Source: Octopus vulgaris
Lineage: Eukaryota
Direction of reading: 5' to 3'
Assembly (NCBI GenBank): GCA_951406725.2
Contig: OX597821.1
Coordinates: 115,072,001-115,136,000, forward strand
DNA: 64,000 bases
Shown here in pieces: positions 36,801 through 48,912 of this stretch; position 1 is the first letter of the stretch; each line of letters opens with the position of its first letter. The translations under genes were made by a program, and so were the position numbers. The notes under the pieces are model-generated. The model ran no database searches. It was given only the letters and a program-made list of their open reading frames with translations, and was not told where the DNA came from.

Positions 36801-39800
36801 ACTTGTTTGTGTTTTTCTAAATTATAATCTTTTCCAGTCAAAATATTTGTTTTGAGTTTGAAACTAAGTCCAACCTGTTTTCTCGCTCCATAAAGAATCC
36901 TGCATATTTATTAGTTCGTGCTAAGCATCATAGAATTTCACTACAAATAATATCGATTGCTTTGATTTCCAAAGAAAGCATATAATCCTATTTCTGTCTG
37001 TATATATCAGTCTGTTTGGTATTATTTGTGGTTCATCATTAAACAAAACAAAAACAAAAACAAATAATAAAAAAAAGCAAACAAAAAGAAAAAAAAGCAA
37101 GAAACAAAAGCAAGAAATATTCATTTATTAATCGCTCTTTCTAGATTTTTATGAGTGATTGCGTTTGAATAATAAAAAGAAGATAATAACAGACCCGGAC
37201 TTTATTTGTTTAGAACTGTAAACAGCATAAATGAAAATGAGCTGAGATAAAGAATTCAGTGTGACCAGTGGCACATATTTGAGCTCCAAAGAAAACTCAA
37301 CAACATCATCATCATCATCATCATCATCAAAATTTAACATCCATGTTCTGTACTGGCATGGATTGGATGGTTTGACAGGGTCCGGCGGGTCCAAGGGCTG
37401 CATCATGGTCCAATGTCTACTTTAGCATGGTTTCTCTGGCTGACACCAACCACTTTACAGAGAGTACTAAGGGCTATTTTTATATGCCACCAGCACTAGT
37501 TAGGCTGCTTTGCCCCTTGCAAGACTGTGAATGTTGAGGGAATGGCTTTACACTAGGAGATGAGGGTTTAAAGCAGTGGATCTCAACCAGGGTACATATG
37601 GCCCTTGGGGTCTATATAAGATTTTGTTGTCAAAATTTCATCTACCGTAATCTGGTTATACTTCTGCAATGCACAAAATATTTTTAACAATTTCTTTTTT
37701 AACAGTTCCTAATAATATTTAATTATAGAAATATAATGGGGATTTCAAAACCATCAAATGGCTTTGAGGGTCCATCTGAGTTAAATTATAAGAGAAGGGA
37801 CCAGAGAGAAGGGACAAGTTTCTTGTTGTAGAGGAGCTATGTGGCTACTGACATTTTAGAAGAGTGATTGGGGTGGAGGTAGAAAGAAATAGTGGTGTTG
37901 AGGTGTCTGGGTGGACACACAAGGTATGAGCTGAGTGGAAGTGAGAGGGAACAGAGGAATGAGGAGTGTTGGTGGGAGGAAGCTGCAAGAGTAAGTGAGG
38001 GGGAATGAGTGTGAGGAGGACAAGAGGGCAACAATTGTAAAGGTAGTAGTATATTTGAAGGGTGGATAAGGGGCTGTGAGATGACCAATGATGCATGAGT
38101 TGGGGGTGGATAGTAGGGGCCATTCCAAATGAAAAGTGATAACAAAAATCAAGAATTTTCCAAAAATCTGACATGCTACTAAGGAAAGTATTGCCTGATT
38201 GTCTAGAGACGAAAGAACAACTAAGTATGTGTGTTTCTGCCTCAACAGATGTCATCAGCACAGCATATATAGTTTCAAGTGCTGTTAATATTTGGTTGTG
38301 TTGATAAAGAATTATGAGACGTGTCAGATAATTTACTTTGACAATACTGGAATCAATTTCAATTCTTACTAGGATCTGTTTCATAAATAAAGATATGTTG
38401 AGACTAGGGTCTTATATACCTAGAGATATACGGTGCTGCACTGTATATCTCAGTTAGAAGTTTCTCTCTTTATGACATCAGTTTACAACTGTGAGATTGG
38501 TTCATTGAGATTTAAATCTCTTTGTCACGGATACAGCTCAGTGCCAGAGGTAGGACACACGTTGTCGAACCATTGACTGACATTCTAACAACTTTACCAT
38601 TCTGATAATTCTAAACACTAAGTACACAAGTGCTGAGAATTGTTTCTAATCTGGGCCCAAGGCCAAACAGTTTTGAAGGAAAGGGCTTCAGTTGATATCA
38701 TTGATCCCCATTAAAGTACTCCCTTGGATGTTATGCAATGAAACCATTTTCTTTGGTACAATTTGAACCAAAAGCTGGAACTAATGTCATGAGTCACTTT
38801 TACTTACACTGAAGATTCTGTCAATTTGCTGCCAAACAATTTTCAATCCTGACCTTTTTTTTATGTGTTTCCACCTTGCTTTTACAAATTTATTGCTTAC
38901 AATAGTCTGACACCATTAGCAGTTGACCAAACATCTTTAGATTGTTAAGGAGGTACTTGAGGAGATCTCATTTCTAAAATTCTTGATAGGAATCTCTTAT
39001 CTGCTGATCTTTCTCTTAGTAATTTGTGAAATAACTTTGGTTCTCTAGGGAAGAGTCTCCAACTGCGTGATGACTTTACATTGTGGTATGACACTTTAAA
39101 GAATTAGCTACAAATTCTGATTTGTTTGTTGATAACAAATTATGAGGCTAGATTTAAATTCTAGATTATTCTACGTAATATTTGAGAAGGTTTTGTGGTA
39201 ACAGTGATTTTATTGGGTGATGACATGATTTTTCTTGTGAATGTGGGTGTTCGCAATATTTATTTTCTTTTTCTTTTCCTATCCCTTTAGAATTCAGATT
39301 TTCTGTCAAATGAAGTGCTTATTTATTCACATTGCTTTGGGTTAATTTTTTATCTCCAAGATTTTAATGATGTGATTGTTTATTTTTAAAATAACATTGC
39401 AGGTAGGTGTGAGAGACCAAATCTGGACAGTTTGAACATAAAATGTACAATATTTAGGTGGGATGAGGCTGGTTTAAATGCTATAATCGTTGTTTAGCCA
39501 AGCTAAATGCTAATTGGAGTGAATGATAATTGAAGCCATTCTATCCATGACCACCCCCATATCTTTAGGCAATTTATCTTAAACTATATTAACTAATATG
39601 TCCTTTCTGTATCTTGAAAGTAGTAGGTTTGATTTGAAAAAGATTTAGCTGCTGTTTACTGTAAGTCAAGTAACAATATAGAATGTTTCTTGCCAATTTC
39701 TCAGTCTTAATCTAGTTTAACTTTATGGTAAAATTTATCCATGTTTATGATATCCTGTTATAAAAAGGAGACACTATGATTATGAATATATTCTCTTAGA

Positions 39801-40987
39801 CACATCTCTGTGAACACACACACATCATCATCATCGTTTAACGTCCGGTTTCCATGCTAGTATGGGTTGGATGAATGACTGAGGGCTGGCAAACCAGATG
39901 GCTGCACCAGGCTTCAATCTTGATTTGGCAGAGTTTCTACAGCTGGATGCCCTTCCTAACGCCAAGATACATATATATGTTCATATGTATATATATATTT
40001 TTATATACACATATTTGTATGTCTATATACATTTGTGTGTACATCACTTGATTATATATCAAAAAACGGAAAGGATTAAATGTTAATGTTGATTTGCTAG
40101 ATTGAGTAGTGTATATAATCTCTCTCTGGATGAGATTGGGATGCTGATTTGTTGTGCTGTTGTGGTTTTGCTCAAGAACATAATACATCAACTGGTCCAG
40201 GAATTGAAACCACAATCTTAGTCATGAGGGCAACACCGTATCTGATAAGCCATGCACCTCTATCATCACTATCATCATCATTCAATGTCTGCTTTCCATG
40301 CTGGCATGGGTTGGATGGTTTGACTGGAAACTGGTAAGCCAGGTGGAGCTGCACTAGGTTCCAATCTGATCTGGCAAGGCTCCTACAGCTGGATGCCCTT
40401 CCTAATGCCAACCACTCTGAGAGTGTAGTGGGTGCTTTTTATGTGCCACCAGCATGAGTGCCATTGACCTGATATCAGCATCAGCCACGACTATGGTCTC
40501 ACTTGGCTTAACAGGTATATTGTCAACAGGTCTACACAAGCATGGTATATCACCTGTCACTGCCACTATGAGGCCCAACACACACACACTCACACACACA
40601 CACACACATTTAAGAGAAAAAAAGATGACAAAAGAATAAAGGATTCTTATGAACTTCTAATGAAGTTCATGAGATACTCATTTCTTCCTTTGTCATCTCT
40701 CTTTCTTAAGACCACTCGACACTCAACCAACACTTTGTTCTGACACATGCTTATATTGAGTTCAATATCAGGTTACTGCTATATATATGTGGAAAACATA
40801 TATGAAAAGTGGAAGAGAAATGCCTTTGTTTCACATAGTTTAATATCCTTTTATAAAGAAATTTTTTTTTAACTATATACATATTTTATGGATGTTGTGA
40901 TATCCAATCGGTTTTTGCTATTTAAATTAGCTTTTCAAGGGACATTGTGAAGTAATCAATTCTTGTGACAAAGGGGCCTTGCCATTT

Positions 40988-41051
<64 letters not shown>

Positions 41052-41277
41052 TGTAATAAAATAAAAAAACCAAGGCTCTATACAGCCTTGGTCTTTTATC
41101 TTATAACGCAAAAAATTCTTATATACACATGCTAACATAGAACCAACGTTGAACCCTTTATTCGCAATATTACCGAATCTGGAACTTAACTATGGCCTGT
41201 CTATGGCACTTATTCAGCATTACCTGACACCTTTGGGTCTCAATGACACCATTATCTCTTATAACCTCAACATCTCG

Positions 41278-41333
<56 letters not shown>

Positions 41334-42044
41334 CCATTCATTCACCTTGTTGTCATTCAGTCACTTTCACAGCAATTTCTGTCTCCCCCTTTCTCTCTCT
41401 GTCTCTTATTTCTAATGTAAATTTTGCATGCAATATTTTGTCGATGAACGACAATCGATAGAAAATCTCTAAGTAAAATAAATGTCGCTTATCTGACGTC
41501 GCAATTAAAATCTGAAGCATAGATTCTGCTTCACCCAGTTGATTGCGAAGTAATAATTTTCCTCTGCATAAAAATGGTTAGTGGTAGGAAGGTGAGACAT
41601 GCTCTGAATCATAAAACATTACTGCACTAATAATGTCGCTAGTGCTAGAATGCTGTCTGAAGGTGCAGCGTAGATTTGAAATGCTGCCAGATTTGGTAAA
41701 CCAGGCTTGTTTAAACATTGCCTCTATCAAAGAACAACCATTTGAATAATATGGTGGGGGAGGAAAACACCTTTTGGGAATTTTCTTCATCATCATCCTT
41801 TTAATGGCCAATTTTCTATGTATGCATCGGCCAGACAGAATTTGTAGACATATTTTCTATGGCCAGATGCACTTCTTATAGCCCCAAATTGCTTTTTCCA
41901 AAAAAAGTAATATTTTTCAATGACCAGACATGTTTTTATAGGAAATGGAAAAGAAGGACACTGACCTGTATGACAGGGAAACTCATTTACAATTATCATG
42001 AGACAAGGAAACACCAACTCACTCACACACACACACACACACAC

Positions 42045-42400
42045 AGCTGTGTGGTGAGAAGCTTGCTTCCCAACCATATGGTTTTGGGTTCAGTCCCACT
42101 GTGCGACACCTTGGGCAAGTGTCTTCTACTGCAGCCTTGGGTCAGCCAAAGCCTTGTGTGTAGATTTGATAGATGGAAACTGAAAGAAGCCTATCTTGAG
42201 TGTTTGTGTGTGTATTTGCCTCCCATTACAACTTGACAACTGGTGTTGCTATGTTTACATTCCTGTAACTTAGCAGTTTGGTAAAAATTACTGATAGATT
42301 AAGTACGAGGTTTACAAAATAAGCACCAGGGTCAATGCGTTTGATCAGCATTCTTGAAGGTGGTGCCCCAACATGGCCACCGTATACTGATTGAAACAAC
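42045..42400 (+). mobile_element. SINE family A
   Basis: Full-length match. Confidence 0.8.
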
Positions 42401-42432
42401 AGGCTGTTCATGAATTATCTTCATTTTATCCA

Positions 42433-42652
42433 TTAACCCTTTCAATACCAACCCAGCTGAAATTGGCTCTGAGTACAAATATCTTGTTTCCATAAGTTTT
42501 GAATTAAAATCTTCCACCAAATCTTAATCTCAATTTATGTTCCTAACACTAGCTGAATGATAACGAAGTTATTTTACTAAATTCTTTATATCTAAAATTA
42601 ATTGAAAGAAACACAGAGAATTTCAACAGAAATATGGTAACAAAACGGTTTA
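42433..42652 (+). mobile_element. piggyBac-type MITE family 1 (partial second copy at about 42790-42985)
   Basis: TTAA-CCCTTTC...; homologous to 17403-17625. Confidence 0.8.
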
Positions 42653-42994
42653 GAAGAAAAATAATCAGCAGAAGACATAAGAGAAGGAGACATCAGTGTG
42701 GTCACTCTATATGCTAGAAATAATAGCCTAAATTTCCTTCAGTTCACACCTTTCCAACTGCTTCTAATGTCAATCTACCCAAATGTAGAATCCAACCCGG
42801 CTGAAACCGGCTCTGGCTTTGTAGTACAAATGTCTTATTTTCAAAAGTTCTGAATAAAATCTTCCACTAAACCTTAGTTACAATTTATGTTCCTAAGTCT
42901 AGCTGAATGATAACTAAGTTATTTTACTAAGTTCTTTGTTATACTTGAAATTAATTGAAAGAAACACAGAGCATATCAACAGAAGTTACATATC

Positions 42995-43271
42995 TAGGCA
43001 TGTACATATATATTTAAATGATAAACTTCTTGAAAGTTTTACAGATGTTTACAGTTCCAGTGATGGATTGGATCTATAGTCTTCAAATTAGCTTTCTCCT
43101 TTCTGGTTTTTGAGAAGCCTAATTTCTCAAGATTGGTATTTAGGCAGTATGTTACATATCTCAGGGCCCCAATGATTATAGGTATAAACCTGAACTTGTA
43201 ATCTGGATAGAGTAACTGCAGATTTCTCAATAGTTCAGCGTAGGTGTTCTCTTTTTCACTGATCTTCAGCT
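42995..43271 (-). pseudogene. 3' end of an RLE-type (R4/Dong/NeSL-like) non-LTR retrotransposon
   Basis: Translates EKENTYAELLRNLQLLYPDYKFRFIPIIIGALRYV, i.e. the K..Y..L...PIIIGALG C-terminal motif of restriction-like endonuclease domains. Confidence 0.7.
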
Positions 43272-43290
43272 ATGTATGTATGCATGTGTG

Positions 43291-43365
<75 letters not shown>

Positions 43366-43369
<4 letters not shown>

Positions 43370-43551
43370 AGAGTTTACGAAAAAAACAAAAGACGAAGAC
43401 AGGTGGTATACAAAACAAACGGATGTATTAGTATAACACTCAGGAATAGAAAAAGTCTTTTATGTTTCAAGCCTACGCTCTTCTACAGAAAGGGACACAG
43501 AAAAAACAAGGAGAGAAAAAATGTGTGTAGTGGCTAACGATCTATCATGGT
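43366..43551 (-). mobile_element. PLE-like element with variant hammerhead fold (family H)
   Basis: Homologous to 53069-53250; fold at 43457-43492 CTTT-CTGTAGA-A-GAGCgtagGCTT-GAAA-CA-TA-AAAG; inserted next to (TA)n. Confidence 0.6.
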
Positions 43552-43964
43552 GATATATGCACACACACAAACATGCATACAACAGTATTGACCCAGACTA
43601 TCGGATGTTGTTACATGTCGTTGGTCACAATGTGCTTTGCACTGTTTCACCTTTCAAATGATGCCACCCCTCTGACAAAGCAAGCCAACATTGCCCTTTA
43701 TTGGAAGGACAGTCCATCACAGTGTGACTCCCTTTGCTGCTGAGTGGACAGGAACAATGTAAACTGAAAGGTTTTGCTCAAAAACAAAATGCGCTGCCCA
43801 TTCCTGAAATCGAACTCATGATCCAGCAATCACAAGCACAATGCACTAACCACTAGGTCATCTGTTTTCGTATATATAAGCAAAATGGTGATTTAAACAT
43901 ATTAAGCCTTTCCTTTTCCTCTTGAGGCCCCTCTTCTTTTCTCTTCCTTTATGTCTGTATTTTT

Positions 43965-44088
43965 CTTCACTCTGATGATGTTCCATGTTTCAGATTGGAT
44001 TTATTACCAAGTAGGATGAATATAATTTTTAGAATTTTCAATGGCAATACTATGTAACACTGGAAGCAGAAACAGCTGTTAGGTGGGA
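43965..44088 (+). ncRNA. Type I hammerhead-like motif with a long stem II insert (decayed)
   Basis: CACT-CTGATGA(43972-43978)-TGTTCCA...TGGAAGCA-GAAA(44069-44072)-CAGCTG-TT-AGGTG; palindromic AACAGCTGTT. Confidence 0.6.
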
Positions 44089-44204
44089 TACGGTCTATTT
44101 GTATAGAACTTATATATATTTGATGTAAGTCAATTGTAGTTGATCAATATTTTTCCATTTTCTGTTTACTTATATTACTGGAGTATGCACATAGATATGA
44201 AGCA

Positions 44205-44391
44205 AGGTGGAAAAAAGAGTACTCAAATACCAGAGGCAGAGTAATATGCTTTATTAAAAGCAGCAGAAATATCACAAAAACTGTTACTCAGTTTCATGTT
44301 CCCGTTCGTCGGGCAGTTTTGTTAGAAACAAATCTGGAACGTGAGACTCTGAGTAACAGTTTCTGTGATATTTCTGCTGCTTTTAATAAAG
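44205..44391. mobile_element. PLE-like inverted pLTR pair with decayed hammerhead
   Basis: Inverted arms 44249-44302 / 44336-44391; minus-strand 44280-44317 reads ACTGC-CCGACGA-ACGggaaCAT-GAAA-CTGAG-TA-ACAGT. Confidence 0.65.
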
Positions 44392-44577
44392 TATATATAC
44401 ATATATATATATATATTACCTCAAGGGAATTCCAACTCTGCTTTTTATGTTTTATTTATATTCTTATAATATTAATATAGGATATAGAATATATAGTAAG
44501 AGAGAAATGAAATGAAGTATTGATTGACTTATTGAACAAATGGAATATTGAAAATTAAATATTAAATGTCTATTCTC

Positions 44578-44634
<57 letters not shown>

Positions 44635-45046
44635 ATGTATAATGGAAAGTAGTTTAATGAAGGCATGAAACCCAAACTTTCCAATCACAAAATAAATAAT
44701 AGAAAATTGTTGGTTTCAGACAGTTTCCTTTGCAAGCCATATCAGGGATAGATCCATGCATGAAACTGACTTATTGCCAATATAATATATTACTGTGACA
44801 GAGAAGAAGATTTTCAATGAACAAACAAACATAGATTTGTGTCTATCTTAATATTCCGTCCACATAGAAGAGCGGGAAAGTGGAGAGAATTGCTTTCCCT
44901 CTTTTATTAGAACATTACAAGACAAGACTGGATCCCAAAGTCATCAGAGTCGAAGAAACAAATTTATGTATCATAGTTGATAAGGAATGTATGTGTGTTC
45001 ACCATAGTTGATAAGAAATGTGCATATGTGTGTGTGTGTGTGTGTG

Positions 45047-45084
<38 letters not shown>

Positions 45085-45085
<1 letters not shown>

Positions 45086-45495
45086 TCTTTTACTCTTTAC
45101 TCTTTTACTTGTTTCAGTCATTCGACTGCGGCCATGCTGGAGCACCGCCTTTAGTCGAGCAACTCGACCCCGGGACTTATTCTTTGTAAGCCCAGTACTT
45201 ATTCTATCGGTCTCTTTTGCCGAACCGCTAAGTGACGGGGACGTAAACACACCAGCATCGGTTGTCAAGCAATGCTAGGGGGACAAACACAGACACACAA
45301 ACGCACACACACACATACATATATATATATACGACAGGCTTCTTTCAGTTTCCGTCAACCAAATCCACTCACAAGGCATTGGTCGGGCCCGGGGCTATAG
45401 CAGAAGACACTTGCCCAAGATGCCACGCAGTGGGACTGAACCCGGAACCATGTGGTTGGTTAGCAAGCTACTTACCACACAGCCACTCCTGCGCC
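45085..45495 (-). mobile_element. SINE family A, young CpG-rich copy (tRNA head, CORE-like ttgggcaagtgtct core)
   Basis: Head ggcgcaggagtggctgtgtggtaag...gggttcagtccc, tail (gagtaaaa)n; sits inside (TA)n. Confidence 0.9.
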
Positions 45496-46478
45496 TATAT
45501 ATATATATATATATTATAGTTGATAACTATGTATTTGTCTGCATGTATATATATTTGATATATATATATATATTATTGTTGATAAGAAATGTGTGTGTGT
45601 GTGTGTATCTCTAAATAGATAAATAATGTAATGTATAGTCTTTTTAAGATATCAAATGTAGAACTTCGGTCAATGCTTTAGCATTTAAATCACATTCTTT
45701 GCTGCTCTTGTGAGTTTTTCAGTTGCTTGAAATGGTTGGCATTTCTTGATGGAGAGATTTTCTTCATTTTCTTGCAGAAAAGCACACACCATCACCATGA
45801 CCACCACCACCAACAGCAACGACTCTTTTTTCTATGAGGAGAGAGAGAGAGAGAGACTAAGAAGCTACTAACATACTCTGGGCATGGAACGTGACACAAG
45901 TGTATCCAAAGAAATGTTTTCCATCCAATGCAACGAGATTTAGATTTTACTTCTTGAAAAATAGCAAAATATTATTTATTTCTGTTCCTGTTTTGTTTTT
46001 TTTCTTCTTTATATTGGTATGATTTTGTTGAAATATAATTAAAGTTGCTGGCGGTGATGATGTGGTGGTGGAATAATGGTAATCATGCCAATTTGAGCAG
46101 ACCTCTAGCATGATGGTAGCTGATTATAACAAAGCATTCAAGTGGTTTCAGCAATCTTTACCATTCTGTCCTTATTATAAAATGGGTTGTCTTTAGATAG
46201 AATGTTGCAATTCGAAGTTGGCCGGAAGTTTGCAGAGAGAAATTTGGCTGTCATAACAAGCCAAATCAATAATTCCATGGAAGCACCTATTTTATGAATG
46301 ATGCCAGTTTATTTTGAAACAAATTGCTTCTCATCGAAAGTAAACAATATTTTCGGCACCACAAACGTCTGTACACACGCATCACTCTCAGAGACTATAA
46401 AACAAAAAAATTACGGCTCATGTTTTTCGAACATGCAAGAAATGCTTTTCGTAGACTCGTAACTACATCCTTGCGAAC

Positions 46479-47075
46479 ATCATCATCATCATCGTTTAAT
46501 GTCCGTTTTCCATGCTAGCATGGGTTGGACGGTTCGACCAGGGTCTGGGAAGCCAGGAGGCTGCACCAGGCTCCAGTCTGATCTGGCAGTGTTTCTACAG
46601 CTGGATGCCCTTCCTAATGCCAACCACTCCGTGAGTGTAGTGGGTGCTTTTTACGTGCCACTGGCACAGGGGCCAGATGAGGCTGGCAAATGGCCATGAT
46701 CAATTGGTGCTTTTACGTGTCACCAACACGGATGCCAGTCAGGTGGAGCTGGCAACTGCCACGTTCGGATGGTGCTTTTAACATGTCACCGGCATAGGTA
46801 TCTTAGCTACAATTTCCATTTGATTTTCATTTTGATGTTGGTGTTAACGTACTTGACTCAATAGGTCTCCTCAAGAACAGCAGATCACTCTACGATCCAA
46901 GGTTAGCACAGCAGGCCTTCCTGCAAGCCATGGACTCACTTCATTTGTTGGGTCTTCGAAGTCACAGCATATCTCCAGAGGTCTCGGTCTTTTGTCATAG
47001 CCTCTGTGAGGCTCAGCATACGAAGGTCATGCTAGACCACCTCGTCCCATGTCTTCCTGGGTCTACCTCTACCCT
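46479..47075 (-). mobile_element. RTE LINE 3' fragment (ORF end plus tail)
   Basis: Reverse complement includes ggtagaggtagacccaggaagacatgggacga (GRGRPRKTWD), as at about 26081, plus the family C tail. Confidence 0.85.
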
Positions 47076-47643
47076 TTTTGATATATTGTCTTGAATAAGG
47101 TCTAACACATACAGGCACATAACCATGATAGCTTAGAAAATTACTTCTTAAAACATTAATACTGCTACTGATGGTGGTTGTATGTTGTTATTGTCGTCAT
47201 TTAACGTCCATTTTTCGATGCTGGCATGGGTTCGATGGTTTGACTGGATGTGGCAGAAGCATCCATGTGGGTACCACATACAAAGCACCCAGTGCGCTCT
47301 GTGGATTGGTTGGTGTTAGGAAGGGTATCCAGCCATAGCAACCTTACCAAAACAGACAATGTAATCTGGTGTGGGCCCTGGCCTCAGCAGTTCCTGTCAA
47401 GCTGTCCACCCATGCCAGTATGAAAAATGGACATTAGATGATGACGATAAGCTGCAGGGCTGTGTTAAGCTTCAGTGTCAGCTCTTAGCATGGTTTCTAT
47501 ATGACCAGATGCCCTTCTTAATGCCAGCCACTTCACAGTGTGTACTGGGTGCATCTTTTTGTGTCACCAGCATTTGTGAGGTTGCCAAGTAGCTTGCAAC
47601 ACAGAGAGAAGACCATCCCAATTGTGTAACAGCAGCAACAGCA

Positions 47644-48012
47644 GGAGGCGCAATGGCCCAATGGTTAGGGCAGTGGACTCTCGGTCGGAGGATTGTGGTT
47701 TCGATTTCCAGACCGGGCGTTGTGTGTGTTTATTGAGCGAAAACACCTAAAGCTCCACGAGGCTCCGGCATGGGGTGGTGACGACCCCTGTTGTACTCTT
47801 TCGCTCCAACTTTCTCTCACTCTTTCTTCCTGTTTCTTGTCCCCAACCTCCTACGCAACCGCTGAGCCTGGATGCACATTCATCCATCCATCAATGCTCT
47901 CAGTGGTGGGGGTTGACCTGCTTTCTCTTCTGCGGGTCTTACGAATAGCAAAGGACCGCATTTTGGACTTCTCCCAAGAACGAAGACCGCTTTGCTCAAC
48001 AAACAAACAAAC
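47644..48012 (+). mobile_element. SINE family D
   Basis: Full copy ending in (AAAC)n. Confidence 0.85.
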
Positions 48013-48172
48013 AGCAGCAGATTTTATATGACTCAGTTCACTTGTCAAGGATAGGTACCAAATCACCTGGAAGTGTTACCTGACATAGACTAGTCCCCTA
48101 TCCTCAACTTGAGTTTAGCATCCATCCTCATAAGTACCTCCAAGATTTATTATTTAGTTACAAATTTTATTA

Positions 48173-48443
48173 TTCTACATTTAAGAGATGAGGAATTATT
48201 TACATTATTTACATTTGACAGATATTTTTCCTCCTCTTGTTTGTTGTTAACACAACATTTCGGCTGATATACCCTCCAGCCTTCATCAGGTGTCATGGGG
48301 GAATTTTGAACCTGGGTTCTCATTCCTAAGGTATTTTTCCATGTTGTTGTTGTCATTATTATTATTATTATTCAGGTCACAGCATGGAATCGAACTCGGA
48401 ATCTTGGGGTTAGTAGCCCACACTCTTAACCACTACGCCATAT
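48173..48443 (-). mobile_element. tRNA-headed hammerhead element (family E) copy 3, most complete
   Basis: A-box TGGCGTAGTGG, B-box GAGTTCGATTCC, (AAT)n, hammerhead 48249-48294, full tail to ...ctcttaaatgtagaa. Confidence 0.82.
48249..48294 (-). ncRNA. Minimal type I hammerhead ribozyme
   Basis: GACAC-CTGATGA-A-GGCTGgagggtatatCAGCC-GAAA-TG-TT-GTGTT. Confidence 0.7.
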
Positions 48444-48444
48444 G

Positions 48445-48912
48445 CTGTGCCATATATTTGGTTTTGTACATAATGTTGTTCGAGAGAATGTTTAAGAAAA
48501 CATAAGAAAATTATGAGTTTGTTTTAAAATTTGGGATTGCATAGACAGTATTTTACGTAAGATATGGGCAGTTCCTATGAGCACTATTTTTTGAATTTCT
48601 GCCATTTTGGGGTTTCCTGGTATCTGAGCTAGGTAGGAATCAACCCTTTTTGCTATCATCCCTAGGGCACCTACGACAACAGGTATTGTTTTAGTCTTCA
48701 GGTTTCACATTTTGCTAATTTCTATTTCAAGATCTTTATACTTGCTCAGTTTTTGGTAGGTCTTGACAGATACGTTTATATCGATTGGGACAGTCATATC
48801 AATGAGGAGGCATGTTTTTTGTCTGAAGTCTTTCAATATGATGTCTGGCCTATTCGCATCTATCTTTCTGTCAGTTTGAATGGTGAAGTTCCAGAGGAGT
48901 GTGATGTGATCA
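48445..48912 (-). pseudogene. R4/Dong-clade non-LTR retrotransposon, RLE endonuclease fragment
   Basis: Translates LLWNFTIQTDRKIDANRPDIILKDFRQKTCLLIDMTVP...KLSKYKDLEIEISKM*NLKTKTIPVVVGALG (PD..D..K restriction-like endonuclease); the 5' truncation point lies in (TAA)n, the known Dong target. Confidence 0.9.

Noticed and set aside
37574-37800. cagtggatctcaacc start resembling a hAT-Charlie TIR
   Set aside because: Matching right TIR and TSD not found.
38220-38266. Minus-strand CTGATGA...GAAACACACATA
   Set aside because: Stems weak; consistent with chance.
44700-44960. Minus-strand CTGATGA and CTGATAT motifs with downstream GAAA
   Set aside because: No consistent stem I/II pairing.
48373-48443. 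tRNA gene
   Set aside because: A/B boxes are present but there is no acceptor stem or complete cloverleaf; it is a SINE head, as are the other tRNA-like segments.
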